From contig JBDIWC010000007.1 in assembly GCA_039794085.1 (NCBI GenBank), positions 32,001 through 96,000 of the forward strand: 64,000 nt of DNA, read 5' to 3'. Below the pieces are notes generated by a model. That model made no database searches, was not told where the DNA came from, and worked only from the letters and a program-made list of their open reading frames with translations. Positions within the stretch are counted from its first letter, which is position 1. Every line of letters begins with the position of its first letter. This document shows, in pieces, positions 9,705 to 20,185 of the stretch. The DNA comes from Gemmatimonadales bacterium. Its GTDB lineage: Bacteria > Gemmatimonadota > Gemmatimonadetes > Gemmatimonadales > GWC2-71-9. Made by a program: the position numbers and the translations under genes.

Positions 9705-10499
9705 ATGGATTCCTCGGGCCCCCGCAGCGAGACTGGAGCCTCTGACCTCAGGGTGGACCTGGTGATCCCGGTCCTCAACGAGTCCCATGTTCTCGAGCAG
9801 AGTGTGTCCACCGTCCGGGTGTTCCTCGCGGAGAACCTGCCCGGCACCCACCGGGTGGTCATCGTGGACAATGGATCGACCGATGGCACCGATCGCGTGG
9901 GTCGGCGGCTGGCCGAGACGTACCCTGACGTGCGTTTCCTGCAACTGCCGCACCGGGGCCGGGGCCGGGCGTTGCGCCACGCCTGGACCACGAGCGATGC
10001 CGACGTCATGTGCTACACCGACGTGGACCTCTCCACCGAGCTCGCGGCTCTTCCCCGGCTGGTCCATGCCATCGTCGAAGAGGGGTACCACGTGGCCACC
10101 GGGAGTCGGTTGATGCGGGCCTCCCGCACAACCCGGTCCCCGAAACGCGAGTTCATTTCCCGAGCCTACAACCTCTTCGTCAAGGCGGTCCTCTGGACCT
10201 CGTTCAGCGATGCCCAGTGCGGGTTCAAGGCGGTGAGCCGCCGGGCGGTGGCGGAGATCATTCCCGAGGTGAAGGATCAATCATGGTTCTTCGACACCGA
10301 GCTTCTGGTTCTCGCCGAGAAATGGGGCTACGGTGTGAAGGACATTCCCGTCCGGTGGACGGAGGACGACGACAGCCGGGTGAAGATTCTTCGCACCGCC
10401 TGGGACGACATCAAGGGAGTGTGCCGAGTGCGGTGGCGGCTCTGGCGCGAGGGCGTGACCGCCGGCGCTCCCGCCGCCTCCCGCCGGGCCACCCTCTGA
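9705..10499 (+). CDS. GT2 dolichyl/polyprenyl-phosphate glycosyltransferase-like
   Basis: LVIPVLNE, VDNGSTD, YTDVDLS, DAQCGFK, WFFDTELL; AGGAG RBS. Confidence 0.9.
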   Translation: MDSSGPRSETGASDLRVDLVIPVLNESHVLEQSVSTVRVFLAENLPGTHRVVIVDNGSTDGTDRVGRRLAETYPDVRFLQLPHRGRGRALRHAWTTSDADVMCYTDVDLSTELAALPRLVHAIVEEGYHVATGSRLMRASRTTRSPKREFISRAYNLFVKAVLWTSFSDAQCGFKAVSRRAVAEIIPEVKDQSWFFDTELLVLAEKWGYGVKDIPVRWTEDDDSRVKILRTAWDDIKGVCRVRWRLWREGVTAGAPAASRRATL

Positions 10500-10535
10500 C
10501 CCGCCGCCGGCCGGACCCCTCGCCCGACCGCACCC

Positions 10536-11000
10536 ATGCGTGACCAGGCGGGTCCTGACGAGCTCCTGACCCGGGAGTGTGTGCACTTCTGTCGCTACCT
10601 GGTGGACCGGGCCCCGGACGAGGCGATCCTCCAGACCTGGCGGCGGGTCCAGGCTCACCTGCCCGCGCATCCCTTCGACGGCAACCTCTCCGACCAGTGG
10701 CTCCTGCGCCTCGGACGACGTGGTGGCCTGCGACTTCGCCTGGCGGATGCCTGGTCCCGGCTCTTCTGTCCCGGAACGCTGTTGCGGCGCAAGCTGGTCC
10801 TCGCGGCGGCGGTGCTGGAATCGAGCCGCGGCACCGCTCCCCTGGTTCATGCCGGCCCCGTGACGCCGGGATGGCGGGCCCTCCCGGGAATCGGGATGGC
10901 CGGACTCTCGCTCGCGGGATGGACGGTTCTGGCCGTTCTGCTCCTCGGTCCGGTGCATCTCCTCCGCATCCGGGGCCGGAGGACGGTGGATCGTGGCTGA
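10536..11000 (+). CDS. Hypothetical protein with a C-terminal TM
   Basis: 154-aa ORF filling the gap and overlapping the next start; no recognisable motif. Confidence 0.6.
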   Translation: MRDQAGPDELLTRECVHFCRYLVDRAPDEAILQTWRRVQAHLPAHPFDGNLSDQWLLRLGRRGGLRLRLADAWSRLFCPGTLLRRKLVLAAAVLESSRGTAPLVHAGPVTPGWRALPGIGMAGLSLAGWTVLAVLLLGPVHLLRIRGRRTVDRG

Positions 11001-12600
11001 CCTGCTGGTGGTGGGATCGGGGGCGTCCGGAGTCCACTTTGCTCTCACGGCACTGCAGCGGGGTCACCGTGTCACCATGCTGGATGTGGGCCATCCCCGC
11101 CCCGACATTCCAGCTCCCGACATCGCGTTCCCCGACCTCCCCGAGGCCCTCGACGATCCGGCGGCCTGGTTTCTCGGTCCGGGAGGGGAACAGGTGGTCT
11201 ATCCCGGTGACGCATCCTCCTACTACGGGCATCCCCCGAGCAAGGCCTACGTGTTCCGGCCGGTCCCGGGCACGCCCACCCGGTCTGACGCGATGGTACC
11301 TCTCTTCACCTTTGCGCGGGGGGGCTTCGCGGAGGCGTGGACGGCCGGATGCTACGCCTTCAGTCCGACCGACCTCACCGGCATGCCCGTCACCTCGGAG
11401 GACCTGCGACCCCACTACCAGGAGGTGGCCAGGCGGATCGGGATCGGCGGCGTGGAGGATGACCTCGCTCCGTTCATCCCCCTGGACGCGGAATACCTCC
11501 CTCCCCTTCCCCTCGATCCTCACTCGGCGCACCTGATGGCCCGGTACGCCCGCCGCCGTGCGATCCTGCACCGACGGCACCGGTTCTTTCTCGGGCGGTC
11601 CCGGGTGGCCACTCTCACCGGCGACCGGGAGGGACGCCGGGCCTGCAGCCAGCTCGGCCGGTGCCTCTGGGGCTGCCCCTCCCGCTCGATCTACACCCCG
11701 TCGCAGACCCTCGATCAGTGCGAAACCTTCCCGGGATTTCTCTATCGCCCCGGACTCCTCGTGCGGCGTTTCGAGTACGACGGGGACGGACGCATCGGCC
11801 GGGTCGTGGCGCAGCCGGTGGACGGGGGCCCGCTCCTCGCCGTCGCCACCGACGCCGTCATCCTGGCGGCCGGGGCGCTGGGTTCCTCCCGCATCGTGCT
11901 GGAATCCGTCGCCCACCGGACCGGTACTGCTCCCCGCCTCGAGGGCCTCATGGACAACCGGCAGATCCACATGCCCTTCGTGACCCCCGGGATGCTCGGC
12001 ACGGCGCCGATGCTGGCCGCCTATCAGTTTCACCACCTGGCCTTTGCGGTGACCCGGAACCCGGCAACCGACCACGTGCATGGCCAGATCACCACACTGA
12101 AGGCCGCGTCGGTGCATCCGATCCTGGCCGGGATCCCGGGCGACCTTCGATCGGCTCTCCATCTCTTCCAGGGGGTTCGCTCGAGTCTCGGCATCGCGAA
12201 CGTCAACCTGCACGATACCCGCCGGAGCACCAGTTACCTCACCCTTGATTCCGCCGGGGATGGCGCCCCCTGCCTCGTGGTGCACTACGACCCCGATCCC
12301 GAGGAACCGGCCCGCATGGCGGCGGCCACGCGCGACGTGCGGAGAGCCCTCCGACGGATCGGATCGTGGGTGCTTCCGGGCCTGGTGCGCGTCCTCCCGA
12401 TGGGGGCCAGCGTCCACTACGCGGGCACATTGCCGATGACCCTCGATCCCACGCCGCTCGCGGTCGATCGGTCCTGCCGGAGCTGGGACTTTCCCAACCT
12501 GCACGTGGTGGACGGCGCCGTCCTGCCCCGGCTCCCCGCCAAGAACCTGACATTCACGCTCATGGCCAACGCGGTCCGGGTGGCAACCACGGCGTTCTGA
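10993..12600 (+). CDS. GMC-family oxidoreductase
   Basis: VVGSGASG, CSQLGRCLWGC, LAAGALGS, HYAGT, NLHVVDG..P..PAKNLTFTLMANA. Confidence 0.85.
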   Translation: MADLLVVGSGASGVHFALTALQRGHRVTMLDVGHPRPDIPAPDIAFPDLPEALDDPAAWFLGPGGEQVVYPGDASSYYGHPPSKAYVFRPVPGTPTRSDAMVPLFTFARGGFAEAWTAGCYAFSPTDLTGMPVTSEDLRPHYQEVARRIGIGGVEDDLAPFIPLDAEYLPPLPLDPHSAHLMARYARRRAILHRRHRFFLGRSRVATLTGDREGRRACSQLGRCLWGCPSRSIYTPSQTLDQCETFPGFLYRPGLLVRRFEYDGDGRIGRVVAQPVDGGPLLAVATDAVILAAGALGSSRIVLESVAHRTGTAPRLEGLMDNRQIHMPFVTPGMLGTAPMLAAYQFHHLAFAVTRNPATDHVHGQITTLKAASVHPILAGIPGDLRSALHLFQGVRSSLGIANVNLHDTRRSTSYLTLDSAGDGAPCLVVHYDPDPEEPARMAAATRDVRRALRRIGSWVLPGLVRVLPMGASVHYAGTLPMTLDPTPLAVDRSCRSWDFPNLHVVDGAVLPRLPAKNLTFTLMANAVRVATTAF

Positions 12601-12671
12601 GGGGCAAGGTCCCGTAGAGGGGGTCGACCCGTGAGCCGCCGTGGCGCCACGCGACGCGGGAGCGATGGGAT

Positions 12672-13380
12672 CACGCGGAGATCCTCCGTGTCCTCCGTGT
12701 CCTCCGTGTCCTCCGCGGCCTCTGTGGTGCCCCCCCACGTCACCCTGGATTGCACCACAGAGGACACGGAGGACGCAGAGGGGTGACGGCATCCGCGACA
12801 CGCTCCTCGTCTCGGATTGGCGGGCATCGGCAGGAGGGGCGCCCCGCCCCCCCCACAAGGAACAAGTTCCTGATCTCGGCGCGCGAGGCGTGGAGCCACG
12901 GACATCACACGGAGATCCTCCGTGTCCTCCGCGGCCTCTGTGGTGCCCCCCACGTCACCCTGGATTGAACCACAGAGGACACGGAGGACGCAGAGGGGTG
13001 ACGATATCCCCGACACGCTCCTCGTCTCGCTGGGCGGGCATCGGCAGGATGGGGGCCCCGCCCCGGGCCCCGCCCCCCCCCCGATTCAACCACAGAGAAC
13101 ACGGAGGACGCAGAGGGGTGACGGTATCCCCGACACGTTCCCGATCTTGCGCTCCCGGCATCGGCAAGGAGGTGGCCCCACCACCCCCAACAACAAAATC
13201 CCAGTCTCGGCGCGCGAGGCGTGGAGCCACGGACATCACACGGAGACCCTCCGTGTCCTCCGTGTTCTCTGTGGTGATTCCTTCCGACCTTGCCCGATCC
13301 CATACGCCCGGGCATCGGCAGGATGGGGCCCCTCCACCCCACAACGCCAAGGCCCTATCTCAGCGCGCGAAGCGAGGAGC
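12672..13380. repeat. Cluster of ~190-bp MITE-like elements with 9-mer-periodic inverted ends
   Basis: Left end ACCACAGAG(G/A)ACACGGAGGACGCAGAG at ~12753, 12970, 13090; right end CTCCGTGTCCTCCG..CTCTGTGGT; conserved core GGCATCGGCA(G/A)GA..TCTCGGCGCGCGAGGCGTGGA; lies between convergent genes. Confidence 0.85.
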
Positions 13381-13381
13381 G

Positions 13382-13409
13382 ACTCCCTACTCCCTACTCC
13401 CTACTCCCT
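13382..13409. repeat. Heptamer tandem repeat (ACTCCCT)x4
   Basis: actccctactccctactccctactccct; contains the TAG stop of the minus-strand gene. Confidence 0.85.
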
Positions 13410-14446
13410 GCTTTCCGGCGTCCGATCACGACGCCGATTCCCATGGATCCGAAGATCAGCAGGGCCAGTGCGGTCAGACGGGCCGGACTGTTGATCGCCT
13501 CCCAGAGGCGTTCCAGCCGGGGGCGGGGCGGAGGGCGGAATTCGTGCACCTGGCGGTAGTGGTGCGGGGTGAAGTGACCCGACGACACCTCGCCGGTCGT
13601 TTCGACGCCCACGGTAAATGCCGGCCCCTCCACCTGGACGCGAAGGAAGGCATCGAACTGGGCGGCAAGGGTCCGGCTCGCCTCCCGGTCCCGCAGGATG
13701 CCAAGGCTCGGATCCCCTCCGATCGAGACCTGGTAGTAGGCGATGCCGTCCCGCTCCAGGTGGGAGAACTTGAGGGGGCCATGGTCTCCGGAAAAGACCG
13801 CACGCACGCCAGCCTCGCGCAGCAGCGGGTGAATCTCACGCCACCACGGTTCGTCGTCGCCCTGCCACCAGAGGAGGTGATGGAGGACGACCACCGTGTG
13901 GGCCGGCGCATCCGGGCGGGCCAGCTCCTCGCGAAGCCACCGCACCTGGGCCGAGTCGAGATCCACGCCGCGGATGTTCCGAGCGAGGGTGGTATCACCA
14001 TCCTCCGGAATCCACACGCTGTTGAGCAGCAGGAACCGCACGTTCCGCATCGTGAAAGAGCGGGGGAGTTCTCCGAACCGCTCCCGGTAGACGTCCCGGG
14101 TCACCAGATCGTTGATCTCATGGTTCCCCGGCACCTGGATTCGAGGCACCCCGACGGTGGCGAGAGCGCTGTCGAGGTCGACCCACTCCTTTTCCACCGC
14201 GGCCCGCCGTCGTGGCGCCTGACCCATGTCTCCCCAGATCTGATCACCCGCCAGGACCACGAGATCGGGTTGGAGGGTGCGGACCTCGGCGAGCAGTTCC
14301 CCCAGGCGGGGGTGGAGCGCGTTGTCCCATCCGCGGATGTGACCCAGAACCACAAAGGACCAGGGGTCGGCGTCCTGGGCACCCAGGGGTGCCACCGCGA
14401 GCATCGCGAGGAGAGCAGACAGCAGGCGCCGGGGAGGACGGGTCAT
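13394..14446 (-). CDS. Exported metallophosphoesterase with a C-terminal TM anchor
   Basis: Signal peptide (..APLGA-QD); calcineurin-like motifs LGHIR, LAGDQ, PGNHE, LHH, SGDHG; C-terminal TM followed by RRK. Confidence 0.8.
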   Translation of the reverse strand: MTRPPRRLLSALLAMLAVAPLGAQDADPWSFVVLGHIRGWDNALHPRLGELLAEVRTLQPDLVVLAGDQIWGDMGQAPRRRAAVEKEWVDLDSALATVGVPRIQVPGNHEINDLVTRDVYRERFGELPRSFTMRNVRFLLLNSVWIPEDGDTTLARNIRGVDLDSAQVRWLREELARPDAPAHTVVVLHHLLWWQGDDEPWWREIHPLLREAGVRAVFSGDHGPLKFSHLERDGIAYYQVSIGGDPSLGILRDREASRTLAAQFDAFLRVQVEGPAFTVGVETTGEVSSGHFTPHHYRQVHEFRPPPRPRLERLWEAINSPARLTALALLIFGSMGIGVVIGRRKAGSRE

Positions 14447-17400
14447 GGAGACTCCGGTCGAAGGGGCGGGGGCCGCTTCACGAGAAGGAGGCGATGCAGC
14501 AGCAGGTGCCCGCGTTTGAGGTCGGTGAGCCCGGTCGAGGTCTGGACCCGCTCGATGCGGTCATCGGGGATCGCGTCGAGCCGAAGGGTGCGCCAGGGTC
14601 CCGGGGGCACCGGAACCACCACCTGCTCGTACTGGGCACGGCCCGGCCGGTGGGAAAACACCACCGGCTCCCCATCACCCGACAGCGTCACCACCACCCG
14701 CTGGAGGTCGCGGCCGCCGAGATCGAGGATCAGAAGGTGTTCCTCGGTGAGGGTCCAGTCGACGTCCCGCTCCATGGCCCCCGCGCGCTGGCTCACCAGA
14801 TCGAGCAGGTCGGTGCGACGGGCCAGGCGCTCACCCTGCACCAGCCGCCATCGTTCGAGAGGGGCAAAGGACGCGCTGAAGGTCTCCTCCTCGACCGCGG
14901 GCACAGGCGGGACGGGACGCCAGTCCGGATTCCCTTCCCGCGAGACCAGCTCCGCCCCGACGATCAGGCCCAGGGCCCGATCCACCTCGGAGCGGTGGAG
15001 GCCCCCGAGGGCGAGCACCGACTCCACGGCGAGGGTATCCAGGGGACCCGGCAGGATCACGCCGGAGACCGAGTCGAGTGAGAAAGGCAGCAATCCCGTG
15101 ATTTCGACTCCGAGGACGCGGGGCCATCCGCCGCTCCCGTAGCGCCAGTTCTTTCGTTGGAGTACGAGTCCGGACCCATTGTCGAGAAGCCGGTTCCAGA
15201 GCAGCAGAGGGGTGGAGCGGTCCTTCACCTCGATGCCGCGGAAACCGCTCTCGATCGTGTTGGCCACCACCACCGGGGCGCTGGCCTCCCCGACGGAGAT
15301 CCCCTTGTCTCCCGACCCCCGGAACGTGTTCCCGGCGATCAAGGGCGAGGAGCCCATCAGGTCGATGGCATCGCCTCCACTCCCGAGAAAGCGGGAGTCG
15401 ACGATGGCCCCGGTGGACATGTCGTAATCGATCGCATCCGAATTGGCGTTCACCAGGTCGCTCCGGACCACCCGGGCCTCGCCCATCAGAACATGGAGGA
15501 GGTCATCCGACCGGACATTGTCGGCGAACCGGCTGTCCTCGAAGCCCACATTCCGGGCCGCGTGGACGTTGATCGCCCCGATGTACTCCACGCCGTCCAC
15601 GAGGGCCCCCCCGCCGCCCTCCACCTGCAGGAACCGGAACCGGCTCCCGCTGGCTCCCCGTCCCTGCAGGGCAATCGTACCCCACGGTCTCGCCGGATCG
15701 AGACGGAGCACCCGGATGGGCCGGTCCGCCGTTCCATTGGCCAGAATCGGGGCCCGGCTCACGAGGGAGACCTCGGGACCGAGCCGGATCGTGGTCCCGG
15801 GCTCGATCCGGAGGGTATCGCCGGGGGGGAGCCGCAGGGTTTCGGTGAGCCGGATATCCCCCGACCAGCGCCGGGGAGTGGAGGTCGGAACCGGAAACTC
15901 CCAGGGGCTGAAGGAGGTCCCGGGTTCGATGAGGGACCCCATCGCCCATTCCCGAGGTTCCACCGGGGTTCCGGTGATCCGGTTCTGCAGCACCGGGATG
16001 AGGTGCCGCGCACCGGCTCCCTCGACAAAGATTCGATAGTGGACCCGGCCCGCGGCAATCCCCCGCTCCGGGGTGCTCCACCCCGGAAGAAGGGCGACCG
16101 GGGTGCGCGCCAGGAAACTCCACCCCGCGCCGTCCCGCTCCCACCGTCCGGCGACTCGCCGGTCCGAACGATCGAGCACTCCATTGCGATCAGTGTCCAG
16201 AACCACGTCTCCCGGCGGTGCGCCGGCGGCGAGGCGAAGGGACACGAGGTCCGCCCCGGTCATTCCCCTGCTCTCGACATCGAGCAGGGCCAGCGACCCC
16301 GCGGATCCGCCGGCCACCACCATGTGCACATCTCCGATCCAGCGATCGAGGACCGCGAGGTTGTGGTGCAGCAGGGTGCGCGAGGAGTCCACCGATCCCA
16401 CCGGCGGAATCACCCCGGCCCGCAGAGTCTCGAAGCGGAGGTAGGGGTGGAAGCGCGCGGTCACCCCGTCGAGAATCGAGTCGGCGTGACTCGCCAGCCC
16501 CGCCTGCATCGCGTCATGCGTCCGGCGCATCGCGGCGTCCACCAGGAACGGATCGCGCAGGGCCTGCTGCCAGAACTCGTTCACGCCGATGCTCGGCCGT
16601 TCCAGGTCGAGGAGCCGAAGGTCCCACGGAAGGGGAGAGAGCAGGTTGTCGGTGGGGTCCTGGTACCAGAACTGGTTGTGGACATCATCCATGTGATAGG
16701 GGTCGCCCACCACGAGCAGGGCCGCCAGGAGCGCGCCGAGGTGGGCGGTGTCCACCACGGCCATGAGATCCCGGTGTTGGTCCGCCGTCGTTCCGCGGAG
16801 CCGTTCCAGCAGATCGAGGATCCGGGTGGGGGGGGGACCGGAGGGTCGGTCGTTCAGGGCCACCCGGTCCCAGATGTACGGATTGCGGAAGAGACTCCGG
16901 GGGAGCCCCTTGTAATACTCGCTCCGTTCCGCGGCGTCGCCGCGATAGATGTTCCCGGGCATCCGTCCCTGGAGGCGGAGCATCGATTCGTCAGCGATCT
17001 CGATCATCCGGTACAACCCGGCAAAGCGCTGGTTCACGAAGACCGGCACGATCTCCTGGCGCGACCCGGGAAGTCCGAAGGTCTGGGCCACCTGCGCCGC
17101 CAGATATTGGGGCACCACGTCCTTCACCGAGAATCCCAGGGTGCGGTATCCGCGCTGGAGGGATTCCCGGGGGGTCCGCAACGTGAAACTGACCTTGGGG
17201 CTCAGCCAGTGGATGCTGTTGTCACCGCGTTTGCGCAACCGAACCCGATCGAGCCGTCCCTGATGCACCACCGTGGCGTCGGTCCAGGCATCGAATCCCT
17301 CCTGCGGGTTGCCGGCCAGGGCGCGCCAGTCGGCGGCGGGGAGAACGAGAGTGAGCACCGCGGGATCATCCTCGTCCGCCTCGAGGTCGCGATCGATGCG

Positions 17401-17643
17401 CACCAGCGACAGGGTGTTCCTCATGACGGAGGCCCGGGCCCGGAACTCTCCCGACAGGCTGCGGGAACGGGACCAGAAATCGTCGAAGTGCAGGGCCGTC
17501 GCATAGGACGCCACGGATTGCAACAGGAGGTAGGCCCCGGCCGTGACGGGAAGCGCGGACGCGAGCACCACGTCGATGAGCCGGAGCCTCCGCCACCACG
17601 GGGCCCGGCTCCCGGGAAGCCCCCGGCGAGGAAAGCGGCTCAC
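14443..17643 (-). CDS. CotH-family kinase fused to a right-handed beta-helix
   Basis: N-terminal TM; RKRGDNS, GLYRMIEIADE, HNQFWY, PLPWDL (CotH-like); C-terminal parallel beta-helix repeats DAIDYDMS, DAIDLMGS, DKGISVGEAS. Confidence 0.8.
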   Translation of the reverse strand: MSRFPRRGLPGSRAPWWRRLRLIDVVLASALPVTAGAYLLLQSVASYATALHFDDFWSRSRSLSGEFRARASVMRNTLSLVRIDRDLEADEDDPAVLTLVLPAADWRALAGNPQEGFDAWTDATVVHQGRLDRVRLRKRGDNSIHWLSPKVSFTLRTPRESLQRGYRTLGFSVKDVVPQYLAAQVAQTFGLPGSRQEIVPVFVNQRFAGLYRMIEIADESMLRLQGRMPGNIYRGDAAERSEYYKGLPRSLFRNPYIWDRVALNDRPSGPPPTRILDLLERLRGTTADQHRDLMAVVDTAHLGALLAALLVVGDPYHMDDVHNQFWYQDPTDNLLSPLPWDLRLLDLERPSIGVNEFWQQALRDPFLVDAAMRRTHDAMQAGLASHADSILDGVTARFHPYLRFETLRAGVIPPVGSVDSSRTLLHHNLAVLDRWIGDVHMVVAGGSAGSLALLDVESRGMTGADLVSLRLAAGAPPGDVVLDTDRNGVLDRSDRRVAGRWERDGAGWSFLARTPVALLPGWSTPERGIAAGRVHYRIFVEGAGARHLIPVLQNRITGTPVEPREWAMGSLIEPGTSFSPWEFPVPTSTPRRWSGDIRLTETLRLPPGDTLRIEPGTTIRLGPEVSLVSRAPILANGTADRPIRVLRLDPARPWGTIALQGRGASGSRFRFLQVEGGGGALVDGVEYIGAINVHAARNVGFEDSRFADNVRSDDLLHVLMGEARVVRSDLVNANSDAIDYDMSTGAIVDSRFLGSGGDAIDLMGSSPLIAGNTFRGSGDKGISVGEASAPVVVANTIESGFRGIEVKDRSTPLLLWNRLLDNGSGLVLQRKNWRYGSGGWPRVLGVEITGLLPFSLDSVSGVILPGPLDTLAVESVLALGGLHRSEVDRALGLIVGAELVSREGNPDWRPVPPVPAVEEETFSASFAPLERWRLVQGERLARRTDLLDLVSQRAGAMERDVDWTLTEEHLLILDLGGRDLQRVVVTLSGDGEPVVFSHRPGRAQYEQVVVPVPPGPWRTLRLDAIPDDRIERVQTSTGLTDLKRGHLLLHRLLLVKRPPPLRPESP

Positions 17644-18731
17644 CCGGGGACCTCGATGCGGTCGGCCACCGTCTGGTCCGGTACCACCACCACCCGGGCG
17701 GCGGACCGACGCGGGCCGTCGGGGTCGAGCCGGTTGCGGTAACTCGTCTCCACCATCGTCCAGGTCTCCTCGTCCACCGGCCGCCGGATCCGGACTTGGA
17801 AGCGGAGACGGACGCCGTCCGACGTCCCGGCCGGGACGGGCACCACCACCTCGGTTCCGGGACTGCCCGGCCCGGCGACCACGGGATCCCCCGTGGACCC
17901 TCGGGTGGTCACCGGTCCGGGAACGCCAGCCCGGAGCGGCAGATCCACCCGCACGTTCCGGATGTCGAGGGGAAATCCGGCCGTCCCCAGACGCACCGAC
18001 GAGGAGTCGGGGAAACTCCCGGTGAGGGTCACCTCATGCCAGACCCCATCCACCGGCACCACCGACCAGGTGGTACTCGTCCCGACATGCACGGCGAGGG
18101 CGAGATACTGTTGTGCCTCGAGGAAGGATTCCCACCGGGTGATCACCTCGGCGAAGGCACCGCGATCGAAATCATAGCGGAGCACCCCACGCAACGAGGG
18201 GAGATGGGTCGGGTGAATCTCCAGCACCCGGGCAAAGGCGTCTCTCGCCTCCACCGGAATGGTCCAGGTGCCCTCCAGGCGCTCCCACGCGGCGCCGAGT
18301 TCGTAGCTGTTGCGATAGTTCCGGGGGTCGTACGCCTGCGCGGCCTGGTAGGCCAGGAGGGCCCGGTTGGGGCGTCCCTGGGCCTCATAGGTGCGGGCCA
18401 GCGTGTGGAGGAGTCGCTCCCGTTCGGTGTCCCGTCGTCCGCGCGCCGTGCGGGCCGGGAAGCGGCGATCGAGGTCGAGGAGATGCGCCTCGGCCTCGTC
18501 GAGCCGACCCTCCGCCAGGAGAAGCTCCCCTCGGTCCACCGCGCGGACCCACCCCGTCTCCCGGTCCCGCAGGAGGCGCTCCACCCGCCAGAAGACCCGG
18601 TCGCGGAGGGGCGGAAGCACCAGGAGGGCGAGTCCGAGAGCCAGGAGCGCCACCCAGGCCGTGAGAAAGCGGCGTTCGTGCCGGTAGTAGAAGGTCCGCA
18701 CCGGGGAGGACTCGCCGGGATGGTTCATCAC
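17640..18731 (-). CDS. Membrane-anchored TPR protein with a C-terminal beta-rich domain
   Basis: N-terminal TM; TPR-like helices LARTYEAQG..ALLAYQAAQAYDP, ARDAFARVLEIHP. Confidence 0.7.
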   Translation of the reverse strand: MMNHPGESSPVRTFYYRHERRFLTAWVALLALGLALLVLPPLRDRVFWRVERLLRDRETGWVRAVDRGELLLAEGRLDEAEAHLLDLDRRFPARTARGRRDTERERLLHTLARTYEAQGRPNRALLAYQAAQAYDPRNYRNSYELGAAWERLEGTWTIPVEARDAFARVLEIHPTHLPSLRGVLRYDFDRGAFAEVITRWESFLEAQQYLALAVHVGTSTTWSVVPVDGVWHEVTLTGSFPDSSSVRLGTAGFPLDIRNVRVDLPLRAGVPGPVTTRGSTGDPVVAGPGSPGTEVVVPVPAGTSDGVRLRFQVRIRRPVDEETWTMVETSYRNRLDPDGPRRSAARVVVVPDQTVADRIEVPG

Positions 18732-19426
18732 ACGTTGATGTTTTCCTGGCCGACGAGAATGGCCACCTTGTGATTCCTCACCAACGGCCGGAGATCGTCG
18801 AGGAGGGTGGCCTCCGAGACCCGCGGCCTGAGCTCCACCGAGTACACGAGTTCCACCACGTCGCCCTCACCCAGGGTCTCCACGCTCAAGAGCGAGGCCT
18901 CGCGCAGATGGCGGTGGAACACCTCGGTGAAGACCGTGTGATAGTCGAGGTCGGAGGGGAGGTGCACCTTGAGGAGGGCCTCGCGACTGGTCGCCGCCCC
19001 GATCTCGAACCGGCTCAGAGTGTAGATCATCCCCCCCATCGCCAGGGCAAAGATGACGGCGGTGAGGTAGAACCCGGTGCCGGTGGCCATCCCGACGGCC
19101 ATGGCCACGAAGATGAAGGCCACGTCCCGGCTGTCCTTGACCGCATTCCGGAAGCGAATGATCGAGAGGGCCCCGACCAGGGTGAACGCCCGCGCAATGT
19201 TGCTTCCGATCACGAGCATGATAAGGGAGATGGTGACCCCCATGATGATCATGGCATGCACGAACGACACCGAGTAGGAGAGCCCGCGGTGGGAGATCCG
19301 GTACACGTACGCCAGGAGCAGGTTGAGCACGAAGCTCAACCCGAGGGCCACCACGGTTTCCCAGACGCCAAATCCCCCGACCTGCGAGGCGCCCGACGTC
19401 AACTGTCTGATGAATTCGTCCACCAC
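18728..19426 (-). CDS. DUF4956 domain membrane protein
   Basis: IGSNIARAFTLVGALSIIRFRNAVKDSRDVAFIF..MAVGMATG; soluble C-terminal domain; AGGAGG RBS. Confidence 0.9.
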   Translation of the reverse strand: MVDEFIRQLTSGASQVGGFGVWETVVALGLSFVLNLLLAYVYRISHRGLSYSVSFVHAMIIMGVTISLIMLVIGSNIARAFTLVGALSIIRFRNAVKDSRDVAFIFVAMAVGMATGTGFYLTAVIFALAMGGMIYTLSRFEIGAATSREALLKVHLPSDLDYHTVFTEVFHRHLREASLLSVETLGEGDVVELVYSVELRPRVSEATLLDDLRPLVRNHKVAILVGQENINV

Positions 19427-19442
19427 GCCTCCTGACAGGAGT

Positions 19443-20153
19443 TCAGGTGAGTGCGCCGCCGTACACGGCTCGATCCACGGCGGAGCAGTACTTGGACATG
19501 CGCACCATCGGTAGCCCGAGCCGGGCGATCGACTTGGTGAGCCAGAGCGGCGCCCCTCCGGTGAACTTCACTTCCATGACCGCGGTGCGGGGATCGAGCA
19601 CCGCGGCCCCGGTGTCGAAGGGGGTGACCAGATCGAACCCGGTCGTCCGGTACTGGATGCGGGTATCGAAGTTGACCCGCAGTGCCGGCTCGTAACGCCC
19701 CATGAAGGCTCGCCGCCGATACCGGATCGCGCACCGGGGCGCCAGGTTGTGACGCCGAAAGAGGGTCCAGGCCTCCCGCATCACCGGATCGGTCACATCG
19801 TCACCCGGGTGCGTTACGAACCGTTCCCGGGCCTCCGCCACCGACATCCGCAATCGGCGCTTCTGCTGGGTCCGGTCCACCCGCTGCTTGATCTCCAGAA
19901 AGAGTTCCTCGCTCCCCACATAGCGCCGGAGACGCACCTTGCGCCGGACCATGAGGCCCTCGACCTTTTCCCAGAAGAGGGAGTACTCGGGGGAATCCCA
20001 GTAGACGCTGTAGACCGCATACCCCCACTCCGGATCCCCGTGCTCATCGGCCGTGAGGTACTCGCCGAGCGCGGCCCGGATGGCCGAGACCTCCCGCGCC
20101 GCCACGAGATACTTGAGCTCATAGCGGTTCCGGGTGTCGGTCAGATGTGGCAT
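19443..20153 (-). CDS. VTC-domain (polyphosphate polymerase, CYTH/TTM superfamily) protein
   Basis: RYELKY, YSVYWDS, RRKVRLRRY, LEIKQR, YRRRAF, RVNFD, MEVKF, MSKYC. Confidence 0.9.
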   Translation of the reverse strand: MPHLTDTRNRYELKYLVAAREVSAIRAALGEYLTADEHGDPEWGYAVYSVYWDSPEYSLFWEKVEGLMVRRKVRLRRYVGSEELFLEIKQRVDRTQQKRRLRMSVAEARERFVTHPGDDVTDPVMREAWTLFRRHNLAPRCAIRYRRRAFMGRYEPALRVNFDTRIQYRTTGFDLVTPFDTGAAVLDPRTAVMEVKFTGGAPLWLTKSIARLGLPMVRMSKYCSAVDRAVYGGALT

Positions 20154-20185
20154 GGCACCGCTCCCTGTCGGAACGTGCTCTGCAT

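Noticed and set aside
12417..13494. ORFs with TTEAAEDTED / HRGHGGRRG repeats (also 32574-33200)
   Set aside because: They are translations of the 9-mer repeat elements; no GxxExxY or other domain follows.
16828..16836. G9 tract in the CotH gene as a phase-variation site
   Set aside because: It is in frame (Pro run), short, and unremarkable at this GC content.
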